Source: a virus
Taxonomy: Duplodnaviria; Caudoviricetes
Direction: 5' to 3' (one strand)
IMG/VR virus record: IMGVR_UViG_3300023184_005760
Span: 1 to 55,810 of that record
Length of the DNA: 55,810 bases
Part shown: positions 8,968-19,721 of the stretch, in pieces
Layout: each line of letters begins with the position of its first letter
Numbering within the stretch: position 1 is the stretch's first letter
Program-made: the position numbers and the translations under genes
Notes under the pieces: generated by a model
Told to the model about the DNA's origin: nothing
The model's input: only the letters and a program-made list of their open reading frames with translations
Databases searched by the model: none

Positions 8968-9206
8968 TTGATATTGATTTTGTCGTCAAAGTTGATGTGA
9001 TTGATTTCTTCTTGTTTTTTGTAGGATTCTCGCAATCGGTCTTGATACTTGTTGCGAAAAGTTTCCAGGGCCATTCTGATTTGATCGCACAAATGAGCAT
9101 TACCCATGCTGGTGGCTATATTGAGTTTGTTGGAAAGTTCGCTGACTCGAGCACTGAGTTCATCAATGGTCAAGTCGTTTATATCACCGATTAAAGGATG
9201 TTCCAT
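8964..9206 (-). CDS. Small coiled-coil protein
   Basis: 80 aa; upstream TTGACA-18-TACACT lies 6 nt before ATG. Confidence 0.65.
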   Translation of the reverse strand: MEHPLIGDINDLTIDELSARVSELSNKLNIATSMGNAHLCDQIRMALETFRNKYQDRLRESYKKQEEINHINFDDKINIK

Positions 9207-9248
9207 GTTGTTAGTGTAACACTATAACATGAGGGTTGTCAAGTGTTT

Positions 9249-10112
9249 TTAAGCAAATGTGCAACCGTTGTTGCCAATACCGTACCATTTGCTGTTGATG
9301 TATTGCAATGTGCAACCGGTTCCGTATGTGGTTGATGGAAAGGTTATGGTACCAGTTCCTGAACTTTTCCAACCAGCATTGGTCACAGTTAACACCATGG
9401 CAGTGGTGCTGGCAGTTTGCACAAACGTTTTGATTTGCCCCCCAGTGCCTGCGGCCAACGTGGCAGTTCCGTTTGTGGTAAAGTAACTGGTGGTCACAGC
9501 CAAATTGGCAGCACCAGCAGAAGCCAACGATTCACTGCTGTTGTTGAGAGGTTGAATTTGTTTGTTGTTTTCAGTAATGGTAATTGTGCTGCCACCATCG
9601 CTGGAGCCAAAGTTGAACTCATAGACACCTGCGGCAGCAAAGGTAATTACGTTTGATGCGTAACCCTGTATACCCACAGCATTTACACTCACTGCTGAAG
9701 GCAATGTCACAGTGTGTGCGGCATTACCGACAGTTATTCTCAAACAGACTGAACCATAATACCCACTAGCCGGGAAATTCGTAAAACTCAAACTGATAGA
9801 ACCTGTGGTGGTACCAATTGTTTGATATTGTCCTGAAGCATAGTTAACAGCAATGGCTCCAGTTGTTGTGGCAATGGCAATGCGATTGGTACTGACATCA
9901 TTCAAATTCACAGCATAGATGTCATAATTGTTCATGTTGTTGTCAACGTTGGTGAATACTCCATTATTTTGTAAATCGGTGATTTCGTTGGCCGCGTAGG
10001 TAAAGTTTGTTTTGGTGTTGGTGAAGTTGTCACGAAAACCTTGTGAATTGTTGTCTTGTCCAGCGACCGGATATGCTCCGTCGATGTCATTTGGGTTGAT
10101 TTGACTTGCCAT
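9249..10112 (-). CDS. Virion structural protein (baseplate/tail)
   Basis: YPVAGQDNNSQGFRDNF N-terminus, Thr/Asn/Gly-rich beta-type body, directly after a large structural gene. Confidence 0.65.
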   Translation of the reverse strand: MASQINPNDIDGAYPVAGQDNNSQGFRDNFTNTKTNFTYAANEITDLQNNGVFTNVDNNMNNYDIYAVNLNDVSTNRIAIATTTGAIAVNYASGQYQTIGTTTGSISLSFTNFPASGYYGSVCLRITVGNAAHTVTLPSAVSVNAVGIQGYASNVITFAAAGVYEFNFGSSDGGSTITITENNKQIQPLNNSSESLASAGAANLAVTTSYFTTNGTATLAAGTGGQIKTFVQTASTTAMVLTVTNAGWKSSGTGTITFPSTTYGTGCTLQYINSKWYGIGNNGCTFA

Positions 10113-10128
10113 TGTTTTTTTGTCCTAG

Positions 10129-13100
10129 TTATACCAATATATTGGCTTTGGGGAATACCAGATATTTATCATCCCGATTGGTGGGATCGTACATATCAAC
10201 AGGTGCTTCAAACGCCATGCTGGTACCATCAAATGTGGTTTCGGTTGAGTTTGATTGAGGCACAGGCAGCCAATTCACCAGAGTGTATCCAGGAGCAGGA
10301 CTGGTGGGGTAGTATACCTGTGCGCCGGCAAACCTGTGCCCGCGAACAACTTGAATATACTGTGTTTCAGCAGTGAGTTGTGTGGGAGTGAGTGATACCA
10401 ACTGAGTCGCAGTATCCACTGATATGGTATATATTGCCATGCGCTGATTTCCAAAGTTTGCAACCATGCTGCCTGAGGCCGTGGTCAATGTGGTGTTGGT
10501 TCCACCCTTGGTTGTACTCACAGCAAAGTATTGAGTATTCACTGTCATCACATCATAGACTTGTCCACTGCCTTGGGCGGCAGTTCCTGTGCCACTACCA
10601 TTACCGGTGGCAGTGAATGTGATACCCACAGTGTTTGCGCCGGCACCAATCAGCATAAAGTTTGTGGTGCCCACTGTGCTGATTGTGTAAGATTTTCCCA
10701 CAATAAAGTTGCCGGCTGTGACTGTGCCTGTTGCAGTGGCCACAAATTCTGTGCCAACAGTGTTGTCGCTTGCACCCAGTGCAGTAAAGTCTGTGGTTCC
10801 CACAGTTTTAATTTTGTACTTGTTACCCACCATGAGATCACCAGATGTCACGAAAGATGATGTATTCAACGAAACAAATGATCCTCCTGATGTCAAACTA
10901 ATCCTGAATGTGGTAGACGATACTTTGGTAACATAATATTGTTGAATTTCATTGCTGGAGGTAAATTCATTTATGCCACCAATGGCAGTTCCGGTGAACC
11001 ACACCACATCATTGTCGTTCAAGTAAGTGGCAGAATCACAAGTGATCAAGGTTCCTGATGTGATATAACAACCAGTATTGACCACCTCGGTCACATAGTA
11101 TATCTGTGCTAGGCCGTTATCACCGTTGGCATCTATTCCACCAAATATTGAACCGGTGAACCATATGGGATCATTCACATGCATTCCAGTGGTGCCCCCT
11201 GTGGCAGTTGCAGTTTTGATATAGTTGGTGCCAACATAGGTGTTGGTGCAATTGACGGTGTATCCACCGGGTATGGTATGACTTTCATCAAAATATTGAC
11301 CTGCAGTCTCGGGACTGTAATCATTGCCATAGAGATTGGTATAATCTTGCCAGGCAGCGGCAGGTGTGTCATAATTGGTATAGTATTCTTGCTTGACAAA
11401 AATTATTGTACTGCCATCAATATTGGCAACTGTTCCGTCTAGCCCACCCAAGGCAGCAATATTATCCAAAGTTTGTTGATTGACATCTGTGTAGGCTAAT
11501 TGTGTGGCCAGATCTACATAGCCAACAAATGGCAGTTGTCCTGAGCCATATCTATCAAATGTGGTAAGACTGGGTTTGGGGGTCCAATTCTGGGTTACAG
11601 TGTCCCAGTTGCGACTCATGGTACGATCTAACACATAACGATCCACCTTGAAGTCCACAGCATTTAAATGTCCTGCAAATTGTGTCTGTACATAATAAGC
11701 AATTTGTTGACTTCTGCCGGGTTTGGTATAGCACATGACCCAGGCCGGAGTAAATCCCAACACCTGTCCATTGGCTTGTTTGCTGGTCATCCACAGAGGC
11801 AACTTGGTAGATATTTGTCCCACCACATCAACCACTTGATCTCTCATGTCAACCAGACTGTTGGGATACACCTGTGTTATTTGCATGCCACTGTCAACAG
11901 GATAGGTTATAACGTAGGGAAGATTCACAATCTTGCTCACACTGGCTCCGGCCGCATTCACAAGGTCATCCACAATCTTGCTGTATACAACTTCGTAAAC
12001 CACTTGGCCTGTGACAGGATCCACGGCTTGTGCTGTTGAAATTTCTCCCAGCACTAGATTTTTCCAATAGTGATTTAGATACAAACTGCTGACATAGGTT
12101 TCCAGGGTATCAGGAGCCAATCCAAATGCATGTTGATATATCACTCGTGATGACTTGCCAAAATAAGGATCATCAATTCTGTAGATATATTCTGGAACAA
12201 ATATTTCTTGGTTATCTAGCAAACTTGCTATCATCACACGATCATTGGCCGGAGGCATGGCCTCTATTGATAAATTTTGATAGGGTTTATTGTACGCTCG
12301 TTTTATTTTTACAGAGAAGGTTTTGTTGACACTTACTACATCTCGTGTGCCGGTGGCTCTCATGACCGGTGTGAATACCGCGCCGCTGCCGCCATATCCC
12401 TGAGTGACTGTGAGAGTGGCAGGACTGGTATATCCGGCGCCGCCATCTGCCACTTCCACAACAGTTATGGCACCACCGGTCACTGTGATATTTCCTGTTG
12501 TGGCTTGCACTGCACTAGCACCTGTGGGTGTGTTGAATGTCAATACCGGTACTGCGCCCGGAGATGAACTGTAGCCAGAACCCCCATTGTCAACTGTTAT
12601 CGTGTTGACTTTGTAGAGTATTTGTTGAGTGTCTTGGGCATAGGCATTTACTGTGAATGTAAAGGTGCTGTCAAATGTGGTTTCTTGAATGGAAACGTTT
12701 CGTGTGATTGCCTGGGTGGCATCAAATGTTGTGGCACCCAGATCAACTGCAAATGTGTTAAAAGTCACTTGACCAGAAATTTCTCCAGACGGCAACAGTT
12801 GCAGTCCTTGTGGCAAAAGATTGTAAACTCCGGGCACATAAGGATATGGTAACTGTGTTGACCCTGCACCCGGTGCAAGACGATACTGTAGTGAGCGACC
12901 ACCTACATTTTCTGCCGCAATTACCAACATGCTGATGGCACCATTTTCAATTGTGCCAAGATCTCCGGGTGTGAGCCAAACCACTTCAGCATTGGCCGTG
13001 CCAGCAATGGTCAGTGTAAATGGATATGGGTCACTTGCCACAATCAAGTTGGCCGATAATGTGCCAGAGGCTGTGCTCAATGTTACAGGAGTGGTACTGC

Positions 13101-14559
13101 CAAGATTATTAGTTATGCTAAACTCAGTGTCACTTGTTACTGACAACACATAGTACACTTGAGTAGCCGACGCTGTGATTCCACCAAAACTGGTGCCAGT
13201 AAACACAATAGGTTGACCTGTGGCAATTTGGCTGGTGCTGTTGCAAGTGATAATATCTGTACCAAAAGTTGTAGCGGTACAGGTGATGGGCGTGCCTACA
13301 AAATCAGCCTGGTAGGTCACAACATTAAAACTGTATTCAACTTTGGTTACTCCTTGATCGGGAATATATCCATAGTACCAACCTGAATTGGGGTCAATGC
13401 TCAGCCCCGGTGGCAGGCCTGATCCCACATTGACACTGATTGCATATTTAAGGTCAGGTGTGTCATAGTCGTTGGCAATAAATTGATGTGCATAATAATT
13501 GTCGCCGCGTACAGTTCCCAGGTCTGACGGCAGGGAATTTACAATAAACGGTCTGCGCTCTTCACCTTCGTCTGTGGTAATGTTTGAATTGTCCGCAGTG
13601 ATCTGTGTGGTGCTGGCGTTGAGCGTAGCGCGGTTGTACACATAGAAACTAAAAGTTTTTAAATCAGTATTGACCCCATCAGTGACCTGTAGTGTGAATT
13701 GATAATTTTTGTTGATGGCACTGGTTAAAAAATCATAAGGATACAAGTCATCAGGAGTGAGGTCATATCCAGGTGGTTTGGTAACATCCACTGCTGGTTG
13801 AATATATCCAGATATCAATCCCGTGGTGCTGATTGAAACTTCGCCGGGCAAAGCACCTCCTACCAAGGTGACCACTACAGGTACATTAGGTCCTGCATTG
13901 TCAATGGCAATTTGTATGTTCAATCGGTCACCATCATAATAGGTGCCAAGATCACTGGGCGAAGCAAACACCGGCGCATTGGTGTTGATCACTGTGAGTG
14001 TGAATGTTCGATCTCTGATGCGATCCAATGCACCGGCGGCAGTTGTGGTGTAGGCTCGAATGGTAAATTTACTGACAACATCTCTATTGACATCAAACGG
14101 CACACCTTGTATGCTGGCCAGAGCCTGTGGTACACCTACAATTAATCCGTTGTCTGACACTTGAATGCCCGGAGGCAGTGAGCCTGCAATCAAGGTGTAG
14201 TAAACATGTTGCTTAAACTCAGTTGCCATTGTTCCAGTAGCAGTGGTCAGTGCCACAGGTATAGAACTGAATTCTGTGTCAGTGACGCGAAATTGTGTGG
14301 AGTTCGCAACATCTAACACAAAATATCTTACTGTGGAGTCAATGCCACCAAACGTGTTTCCGGAAAAAATAACATTGAGTCCAGCATACAATCCCGCAGT
14401 ACTGGTACAGGTAATCACATTGGTCTCTGCTGTGGTAGCAGTACAGGTGGGAGCGAATGGCAAAGCATCTGTAGTTACCAGCAAATTGTTTTGATAGAAC
14501 ACATTTTCAGGTATGGTTCCCAAACTACTAGCAGGAGTGATCCAAACAGGTTGACTCAT
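10129..14559 (-). CDS. Large virion structural protein (baseplate wedge-like) with Ig-like repeats
   Basis: 1476 aa; repeated GSLPPG(I/L)xxxxxGxIxG Ig-like units and GGSGY motifs. Confidence 0.75.
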   Translation of the reverse strand: MSQPVWITPASSLGTIPENVFYQNNLLVTTDALPFAPTCTATTAETNVITCTSTAGLYAGLNVIFSGNTFGGIDSTVRYFVLDVANSTQFRVTDTEFSSIPVALTTATGTMATEFKQHVYYTLIAGSLPPGIQVSDNGLIVGVPQALASIQGVPFDVNRDVVSKFTIRAYTTTAAGALDRIRDRTFTLTVINTNAPVFASPSDLGTYYDGDRLNIQIAIDNAGPNVPVVVTLVGGALPGEVSISTTGLISGYIQPAVDVTKPPGYDLTPDDLYPYDFLTSAINKNYQFTLQVTDGVNTDLKTFSFYVYNRATLNASTTQITADNSNITTDEGEERRPFIVNSLPSDLGTVRGDNYYAHQFIANDYDTPDLKYAISVNVGSGLPPGLSIDPNSGWYYGYIPDQGVTKVEYSFNVVTYQADFVGTPITCTATTFGTDIITCNSTSQIATGQPIVFTGTSFGGITASATQVYYVLSVTSDTEFSITNNLGSTTPVTLSTASGTLSANLIVASDPYPFTLTIAGTANAEVVWLTPGDLGTIENGAISMLVIAAENVGGRSLQYRLAPGAGSTQLPYPYVPGVYNLLPQGLQLLPSGEISGQVTFNTFAVDLGATTFDATQAITRNVSIQETTFDSTFTFTVNAYAQDTQQILYKVNTITVDNGGSGYSSSPGAVPVLTFNTPTGASAVQATTGNITVTGGAITVVEVADGGAGYTSPATLTVTQGYGGSGAVFTPVMRATGTRDVVSVNKTFSVKIKRAYNKPYQNLSIEAMPPANDRVMIASLLDNQEIFVPEYIYRIDDPYFGKSSRVIYQHAFGLAPDTLETYVSSLYLNHYWKNLVLGEISTAQAVDPVTGQVVYEVVYSKIVDDLVNAAGASVSKIVNLPYVITYPVDSGMQITQVYPNSLVDMRDQVVDVVGQISTKLPLWMTSKQANGQVLGFTPAWVMCYTKPGRSQQIAYYVQTQFAGHLNAVDFKVDRYVLDRTMSRNWDTVTQNWTPKPSLTTFDRYGSGQLPFVGYVDLATQLAYTDVNQQTLDNIAALGGLDGTVANIDGSTIIFVKQEYYTNYDTPAAAWQDYTNLYGNDYSPETAGQYFDESHTIPGGYTVNCTNTYVGTNYIKTATATGGTTGMHVNDPIWFTGSIFGGIDANGDNGLAQIYYVTEVVNTGCYITSGTLITCDSATYLNDNDVVWFTGTAIGGINEFTSSNEIQQYYVTKVSSTTFRISLTSGGSFVSLNTSSFVTSGDLMVGNKYKIKTVGTTDFTALGASDNTVGTEFVATATGTVTAGNFIVGKSYTISTVGTTNFMLIGAGANTVGITFTATGNGSGTGTAAQGSGQVYDVMTVNTQYFAVSTTKGGTNTTLTTASGSMVANFGNQRMAIYTISVDTATQLVSLTPTQLTAETQYIQVVRGHRFAGAQVYYPTSPAPGYTLVNWLPVPQSNSTETTFDGTSMAFEAPVDMYDPTNRDDKYLVFPKANILV

Positions 14560-14567
14560 GTTTTATT

Positions 14568-14834
14568 TTACCAAGGAGCAGTATCGAATGCTATACGATA
14601 CCAAATTATAGTAGTAGCATCGTATTCATACACGCATACATACAGATACTCTTGATCATATGCGATCATGCCTGGAACATCACCGGCTTGACCGCTAGAA
14701 GAAACAGGGGGTGTGGCTTGAACATTATTATAAAGTTCTGTGAAGTTACTGTTTATATACTGAAAAGCTGTGCGCAATGGAGTACCTTGCCCATCGTTGG
14801 CAACATTCCCCACATTGATTAATAGTTGTGTCAT
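14568..14834 (-). CDS. Small structural protein with a T4 gp9/gp10-like N-terminal motif
   Basis: INVGNVANDGQGTPLRTAFQYINSNFTELY; TAAATA upstream. Confidence 0.7.
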   Translation of the reverse strand: MTQLLINVGNVANDGQGTPLRTAFQYINSNFTELYNNVQATPPVSSSGQAGDVPGMIAYDQEYLYVCVYEYDATTIIWYRIAFDTAPW

Positions 14835-14925
14835 AAATTTGCAGTCCTAGTGCTGTATTTACCAAACTTTGTGTTCGGGCTTGCGAACCCGATCTATCGC
14901 TAAATACACGGACTCGGAGTTATCA

Positions 14926-16596
14926 ATGTCATATATTATCAACAACAGCCGTGGAAATGTAATTGCAATCGTTGCAGATGGTACTGTTAATACCACTGCA
15001 ACAGACCTGGCCCTGGTGGGTCGTGCTCTAACAGATTACGGCACCTACGAAAACGAAAACTATGTATATTTGTTGGAAAATTTTGCCAACTCAACTGCAC
15101 CATTGCAACCAATTTTAGGACAACTTTGGTACAACAGCGCCACTGATGTTATTTCCTCATACAGCACTGCCGATACCTGGACGGCACTGGCCACTCAAGA
15201 CTACGTCCAAACACAAAAAGCTAGCCCTGCATTTACTGGGACGCCCACAGCGCCCACTGCCGCAGCCGGAACATCAAACACACAAATTGCTACCACTGCA
15301 TTTGTAAGCCAAAGCCCACAATTTACTGGCACGCCTACCGCACCCACAGCCGCACAAGGAACTGCCACTACACAATTGGCAACCACGGCATTTGTTACAA
15401 ATAGTCCTGCTTTTGCTGGCACGCCTACCGCACCCACAGCCGCACAAGGAACTGCCACTACACAATTGGCAACCACACAATTTGTCACTGTCAGTCCACA
15501 ATTCACAGGCACGCCCATTGCACCTACTGCTACCTATAATGATAATTCTGTTCAGGTGGCCACCACGGCATTTGTGCAAGGTGAAAAAGCAAGCCCAAAC
15601 TTTACAGGTGCACCCACAGCAAACAGTGCTGTTTACAATGATAGTTCAACTAGAATTGCTACCACAGCATTTGTGCAAGGTGAAAAGTTCAGTCCGGTAT
15701 TTACTGGAACACCGTTAGCACCTACTGCTGCCATTTCAGTAAGCAGTACACAAATTGCTACCACACAATTTGTGACCAACTGGACCAATGCCTTACCGAC
15801 CATGAGTCAGCAGAATGCCAATGCAGTTGCTATTACTGGTGGCACAATCATAGGAATCACCGACTTGGCCATAGACGACGGAGGCACAGGCGCCAGCACA
15901 GCCGCCGGTGCCAGAACAAATTTACAATTGGGTAATATTGCTGTGATGAACACCGGCAATGTAGCATTCACCGGCGGCACAATGAATAATGTGTTTATTA
16001 CTGGTGGCGAAATCACTGGACTTATTGTTCCATTGGCTGTGGCCGATGGTGGTACTGGTGGGAATACTCAATCATCTGCTAGAACAGGTCTAGGACTTGG
16101 AACATCATCAACTCAAAATGCCAACAACGTAGCCATCACTGGTGGATCAATTACTGGTCTAAGTTCAGCAATTGCTGTGTCTGACGGCGGAACAGGTGCC
16201 AACACTGCCGCTGATGCTAGAACAAATCTTGGTCTAGGATCTATTGCAACACAAAATTCAAACGCAGTGGCCATCACCGGTGGCTCAGTAACTGGGTTAG
16301 GAAACTTTGGCGCCAGTAATGCGACCATCACTGGTGGAATAATAACTGGAATAACTGATTTAACAGTAGCAGATGGTGGTACTGGTGCCAGCACTGCCGC
16401 TGATGCTAGAACAAATCTTGGCGCGGCAGATGCGGCAACTATAATTATTGCCGGTGGCGGGTTGAGTGGTGGAGGTGCATTAACTGCTAATGTAACGTTG
16501 GCCATTGCCACCAACTCCAATGGATATGGCACGAGATATGTTAGTACAGCGGCCCCAACTGGCGGCAGTGATGGCGATATTTGGTATCAAATTTAA
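14926..16596 (+). CDS. Tail fibre protein
   Basis: Tandem SPxFTGTPTAPTAxxxxxxxQ(I/L)ATTAFV repeats, then VADGGTGASTAADARTNLG repeats; start moved to MSYII (GGAG RBS, TAAATA 14901). Confidence 0.88.
   Translation: MSYIINNSRGNVIAIVADGTVNTTATDLALVGRALTDYGTYENENYVYLLENFANSTAPLQPILGQLWYNSATDVISSYSTADTWTALATQDYVQTQKASPAFTGTPTAPTAAAGTSNTQIATTAFVSQSPQFTGTPTAPTAAQGTATTQLATTAFVTNSPAFAGTPTAPTAAQGTATTQLATTQFVTVSPQFTGTPIAPTATYNDNSVQVATTAFVQGEKASPNFTGAPTANSAVYNDSSTRIATTAFVQGEKFSPVFTGTPLAPTAAISVSSTQIATTQFVTNWTNALPTMSQQNANAVAITGGTIIGITDLAIDDGGTGASTAAGARTNLQLGNIAVMNTGNVAFTGGTMNNVFITGGEITGLIVPLAVADGGTGGNTQSSARTGLGLGTSSTQNANNVAITGGSITGLSSAIAVSDGGTGANTAADARTNLGLGSIATQNSNAVAITGGSVTGLGNFGASNATITGGIITGITDLTVADGGTGASTAADARTNLGAADAATIIIAGGGLSGGGALTANVTLAIATNSNGYGTRYVSTAAPTGGSDGDIWYQI
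15326..15476 (+). repeat. Intragenic direct repeat, 61 bp identical at a 90-bp period
   Basis: 15326-15386 is identical to 15416-15476. Confidence 0.9.
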
Positions 16597-16605
16597 AAGC
16601 ACAAC

Positions 16606-17925
16606 ATGGCATCAGTAATACGAGCAATTGGCTTTAGCAACAGCCTACAACAATTGATTTGGCCAACAACCACAAGCCAAATCATTGCCTACGTTTGGGG
16701 CGGGGGTGGAGGAGGTGGGGGCAATGACAGCAATCCTGGCGGTTCTGGTGGCGGCGGTGGTTTTGCTCGCAAAACATTTACTATAACCAATGGCGATATA
16801 TTGCAAGTTGCTGTGGCCGGAGCAGGCGGCGCAGGCCGAGGCGGATCGGGTGCGCCAGGTGGCGGCGGCGGTGCCAGTTACACAGCCAGCACAGTTTGGA
16901 CCAGTCTAGAACTACTGAGTAATCCTATCAATCAACGTGTTACGGATAGTGCTTATGTGGGGTTTTTGAATCAATACGGGGTTTGGAACTATACTCCCAG
17001 TGCCACATACTTTGATCAAACTGTCACAGTGAACTTTCCATCAACTGGGTATTACAACATTACTGGCAGTTGTGATAATTATGCCACAGTCTACATTGAT
17101 GGCGTCAATGTGTTGTATATCCCTGGGTTTCGGGCAACTTATTCAAGTTCAGTTTTGGTCACTGCCGGCAATCACAGCGTGAGATTGTATGGAGTCAACA
17201 CCGGCGGCCCAGGATCATTTGGAGTAACCATCACTGGTGGTGCCAGTTTTGGAGGTGGCCGCGGCGGCAACTCAGGAGGTGCTGGTAGTTCCGGGGCAGG
17301 TGGAGGTGCCGGGGGAGCCAGTGTTGTTTTCTTAAACGGCTCTCCAATTGCCATAGCCGGTGGTGGTGGTGGCGGTGGTGGTGGAGGCAACTCAGGATCT
17401 GCTACAGGGCAGTCGGCCCCAGGCAGTTCTGGTCAAACATCAGTAGGAATCTATTCAGGGCAAAATGGTCAAGACAAAGGCGGCGACGGTGGAGGTGGTG
17501 GCGCTGGTGGTGGCGGATATGCCGGTGGCAATGGCGGCGCCACACCTGGTGGTGATCAGGGTGGGTATGCAGGATACTTTGGATCAAGTTTAGGAGATAT
17601 TGTGATCAATCCTAGTGGACGTACTCCGGGTGGAATCGGACAGCCGTATTATTCAGGGTCAGCAGGATACGGTGGTACAAACACTCAAGTCGGCGCAGGT
17701 GGTTATGTGGTACTTGACATGAATGTAGGTGGTGGCAGTGTAAAATACAACGGAAACTGGGAATCGGTACAAAAGACCTATGTAAAGAATGCTGGTACCT
17801 GGAAAGCAGTTCAAGCCACCTATGTTAAAAACGGTGGTACCTGGTCACCCATCAATGGATCATTTGCTCCTGTGTTTACCACAGTGAATGGATCCTGGGG
17901 CACTGATCCTAGAGCGTTCTCTTAA
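16606..17925 (+). CDS. Glycine-rich tail-associated / receptor-binding protein
   Basis: Poly-Gly tracts around a beta-sandwich-like insert ([11 protein letters not shown]...GNHSVRL); C-terminal YVKNxGTW repeats. Confidence 0.75.
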   Translation: MASVIRAIGFSNSLQQLIWPTTTSQIIAYVWGGGGGGGGNDSNPGGSGGGGGFARKTFTITNGDILQVAVAGAGGAGRGGSGAPGGGGGASYTASTVWTSLELLSNPINQRVTDSAYVGFLNQYGVWNYTPSATYFDQTVTVNFPSTGYYNITGSCDNYATVYIDGVNVLYIPGFRATYSSSVLVTAGNHSVRLYGVNTGGPGSFGVTITGGASFGGGRGGNSGGAGSSGAGGGAGGASVVFLNGSPIAIAGGGGGGGGGGNSGSATGQSAPGSSGQTSVGIYSGQNGQDKGGDGGGGGAGGGGYAGGNGGATPGGDQGGYAGYFGSSLGDIVINPSGRTPGGIGQPYYSGSAGYGGTNTQVGAGGYVVLDMNVGGGSVKYNGNWESVQKTYVKNAGTWKAVQATYVKNGGTWSPINGSFAPVFTTVNGSWGTDPRAFS

Positions 17926-18242
17926 ACAGAAAAACTGCTGCCGCAACCACAAGTGGTTTGTGCCTGTGGATTGTTGATCACAAAACTGGCACCCATCAGG
18001 TCTTCTTGATAGTCAATCGAAGCACCTTGAAGATATTGCATGCTCATTGAATCTACCACAACCCGGACATCTTCATAGGCAAAGTCAAAGTCATCTTCGT
18101 TTTGAATTTCTTCAAATGTAAAGCCATAACTCATGCCCGAGCAGCCGCCGCCCTGCACAAACACACGTAGCATGAGATTGGGATTGCCTTCTTCGGCAAC
18201 CAAGTCACGCAATTTAGCCACCGCACCAGATTCTAATATCAT
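17922..18242 (-). CDS. erpA: A-type Fe-S cluster carrier (ErpA/IscA)
   Basis: [12 protein letters not shown]...VDSMSMQYL...[14 protein letters not shown]; start at MILES overlaps the SOD stop (TAATG). Confidence 0.93.
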   Translation of the reverse strand: MILESGAVAKLRDLVAEEGNPNLMLRVFVQGGGCSGMSYGFTFEEIQNEDDFDFAYEDVRVVVDSMSMQYLQGASIDYQEDLMGASFVINNPQAQTTCGCGSSFSV

Positions 18243-18790
18243 TATAGTCTTTCGTTGCAAACGTCCCAGTCAATGATCTTCCAGATATTGTCCAGGTATC
18301 GTTCTTTGTCCCATTGGTAGTCCAGGCTCCAGGCATGTTCCCACCAGTCCACCAGCACACAGATGTCTGTGCGTACTGCATGATTGGCAATGGTCTTAAT
18401 GTCACCGCCGGTGCTCAAGTACACCCAACCTGATCCTTGGATCTTCATTGCAGTTTCCTTAAATGCTTCCTTGAAGTCTTCCCAAGTTTTGAACTTTTCT
18501 TCAATCAGTGCAAGTACTGCACCGCGTGGTCGGTTGGCACCCTTGGGAGCCCGAAGCTGAGGGAAAAATTTATTGTGTAGAAAACTGCCAGCACGATTAA
18601 AATCCGCATTGCCTTCTCCTGCGTTGTAACGCTTGGCATAACCTTTGGCCAAATGCTCAAAATGATAGTTGATAGTTTCCTTACTCATTACAGGTTCAAG
18701 GTCTTTTTCGCCGTAAGGGAGAGGGGTGGTTTCCAGTTTTGCTGGACGGGTGCTTGCTTCTACAAGATTGATGTGGTCACGTAATTCCAT
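18242..18790 (-). CDS. sod: Fe/Mn superoxide dismutase with an N-terminal extension
   Basis: LPY...LEP...YH, FLHNKFF, QGSGW, DWWEHAW; all four metal ligands present; start moved to MELRDH. Confidence 0.9.
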   Translation of the reverse strand: MELRDHINLVEASTRPAKLETTPLPYGEKDLEPVMSKETINYHFEHLAKGYAKRYNAGEGNADFNRAGSFLHNKFFPQLRAPKGANRPRGAVLALIEEKFKTWEDFKEAFKETAMKIQGSGWVYLSTGGDIKTIANHAVRTDICVLVDWWEHAWSLDYQWDKERYLDNIWKIIDWDVCNERL

Positions 18791-18794
18791 GTTG

Positions 18795-18800
18795 TATTTA
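18795..18800 (-). promoter_or_regulatory. Late-type promoter TAAATA with a leaderless start for sod
   Basis: TAAATA-CAAC-ATG; its TAA is also the infA stop codon. Confidence 0.6.
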
Positions 18801-19016
18801 TTTGCGACGAGTAATACGTGCCTTGGTGAGATCGTAAGGGCTAAATTCCATTTCCACACGATCTCCTAGTAGCACTTTGATGTTGTTCTTACGCATACGT
18901 CCAGACAAGTGTGCTAGTACCACGTTGTTGATGTTGTCTATTTTTACCCGGAACATGGCGGCTGGTAGTACTTCTTCTACCCGACCCTCCATGTTTATAA
19001 TATCTTCTTTTGCCAT
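18798..19016 (-). CDS. infA: Translation initiation factor IF-1
   Basis: [21 protein letters not shown]...[33 protein letters not shown]. Confidence 0.95.
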   Translation of the reverse strand: MAKEDIINMEGRVEEVLPAAMFRVKIDNINNVVLAHLSGRMRKNNIKVLLGDRVEMEFSPYDLTKARITRRK

Positions 19017-19026
19017 TGAATATTAC

Positions 19027-19419
19027 TTATTGGAAATCCAAGGTGGCTGTGACCTTTCGGAGTCTATCAAAACGGAAACTGCGCCACTCTTGTTTTTCCA
19101 AATCAAAAACCCGGATACTGTGAGGATCAGGTTCTTTCCGGGGCTTCTTACTTTCACGCACAATGCCATCCACCGGTGCAGTAGTTGATACCGGCTTTGT
19201 CACACTAACTGGAATTCTACTGTGATCCAAAGTACACAGCATGTCACGGTCAGTGCCGTCTGCTTTGGTGAACGTCACATTGATTTCACTATTTTTCAGC
19301 AGACCTTTGACCCATTCACGTATCTGTTCTTTGATCTGATCATCACCTTCTTGATACTGAGTACCTGGCACACCCTTGAGCAAGCGTACCACTTCATCTT
19401 TTTCCCACATACCACCCAT
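19027..19419 (-). CDS. WYL_2-like SH3/Sm-fold protein
   Basis: VTFTKADGTDRDMLCTL...VFDLEKQEWRSFR; GGAG RBS before MGGMW. Confidence 0.75.
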   Translation of the reverse strand: MGGMWEKDEVVRLLKGVPGTQYQEGDDQIKEQIREWVKGLLKNSEINVTFTKADGTDRDMLCTLDHSRIPVSVTKPVSTTAPVDGIVRESKKPRKEPDPHSIRVFDLEKQEWRSFRFDRLRKVTATLDFQ

Positions 19420-19457
19420 TACAAAATCTCCCTTATAGGTTAATAAACGTTTTTTAA

Positions 19458-19721
19458 TCATGACCACTTCAGTAAAAATACCATGTACTTCTGCTCATCC
19501 AAAATGTTGACTCCACGCTGGAATCCAAATATGGTATCATCCGAGGGTAGCAGTTGTATACCCCAAGTGTCTCTAAACCATGTGATTGTGTCTGCGCCTG
19601 TGGTACAGTTTTTTTGACCTTCTTCGGACATTCTGCACCGTTGCATCTGTGCCCAAAAAGAGACCTCACCTAGTATGGTATCCAGTCTGGCTTCGGGTGT
19701 GGAGTACAAATCTTTATCCAC
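19458..19721 (-). CDS. Hypothetical protein of the C-terminal FxLxW family
   Basis: Ends DEQKYMVFLLKWS. Confidence 0.6.
   Translation of the reverse strand: MDKDLYSTPEARLDTILGEVSFWAQMQRCRMSEEGQKNCTTGADTITWFRDTWGIQLLPSDDTIFGFQRGVNILDEQKYMVFLLKWS

Noticed and set aside
15230-15770. Tail fibre repeats as a CRISPR array or DGR template/variable repeat pair
   Set aside because: They are in-frame coding repeats without unique spacers or adenine-specific mismatches, and no RT is nearby.
18791-18859. Longer ORF-track starts for sod and for the clamp loader, clpP, MTase, nadE, 26789 and 14869 genes
   Set aside because: The extensions overlap neighbouring genes or promoters; downstream starts have RBS, promoter or homology support.
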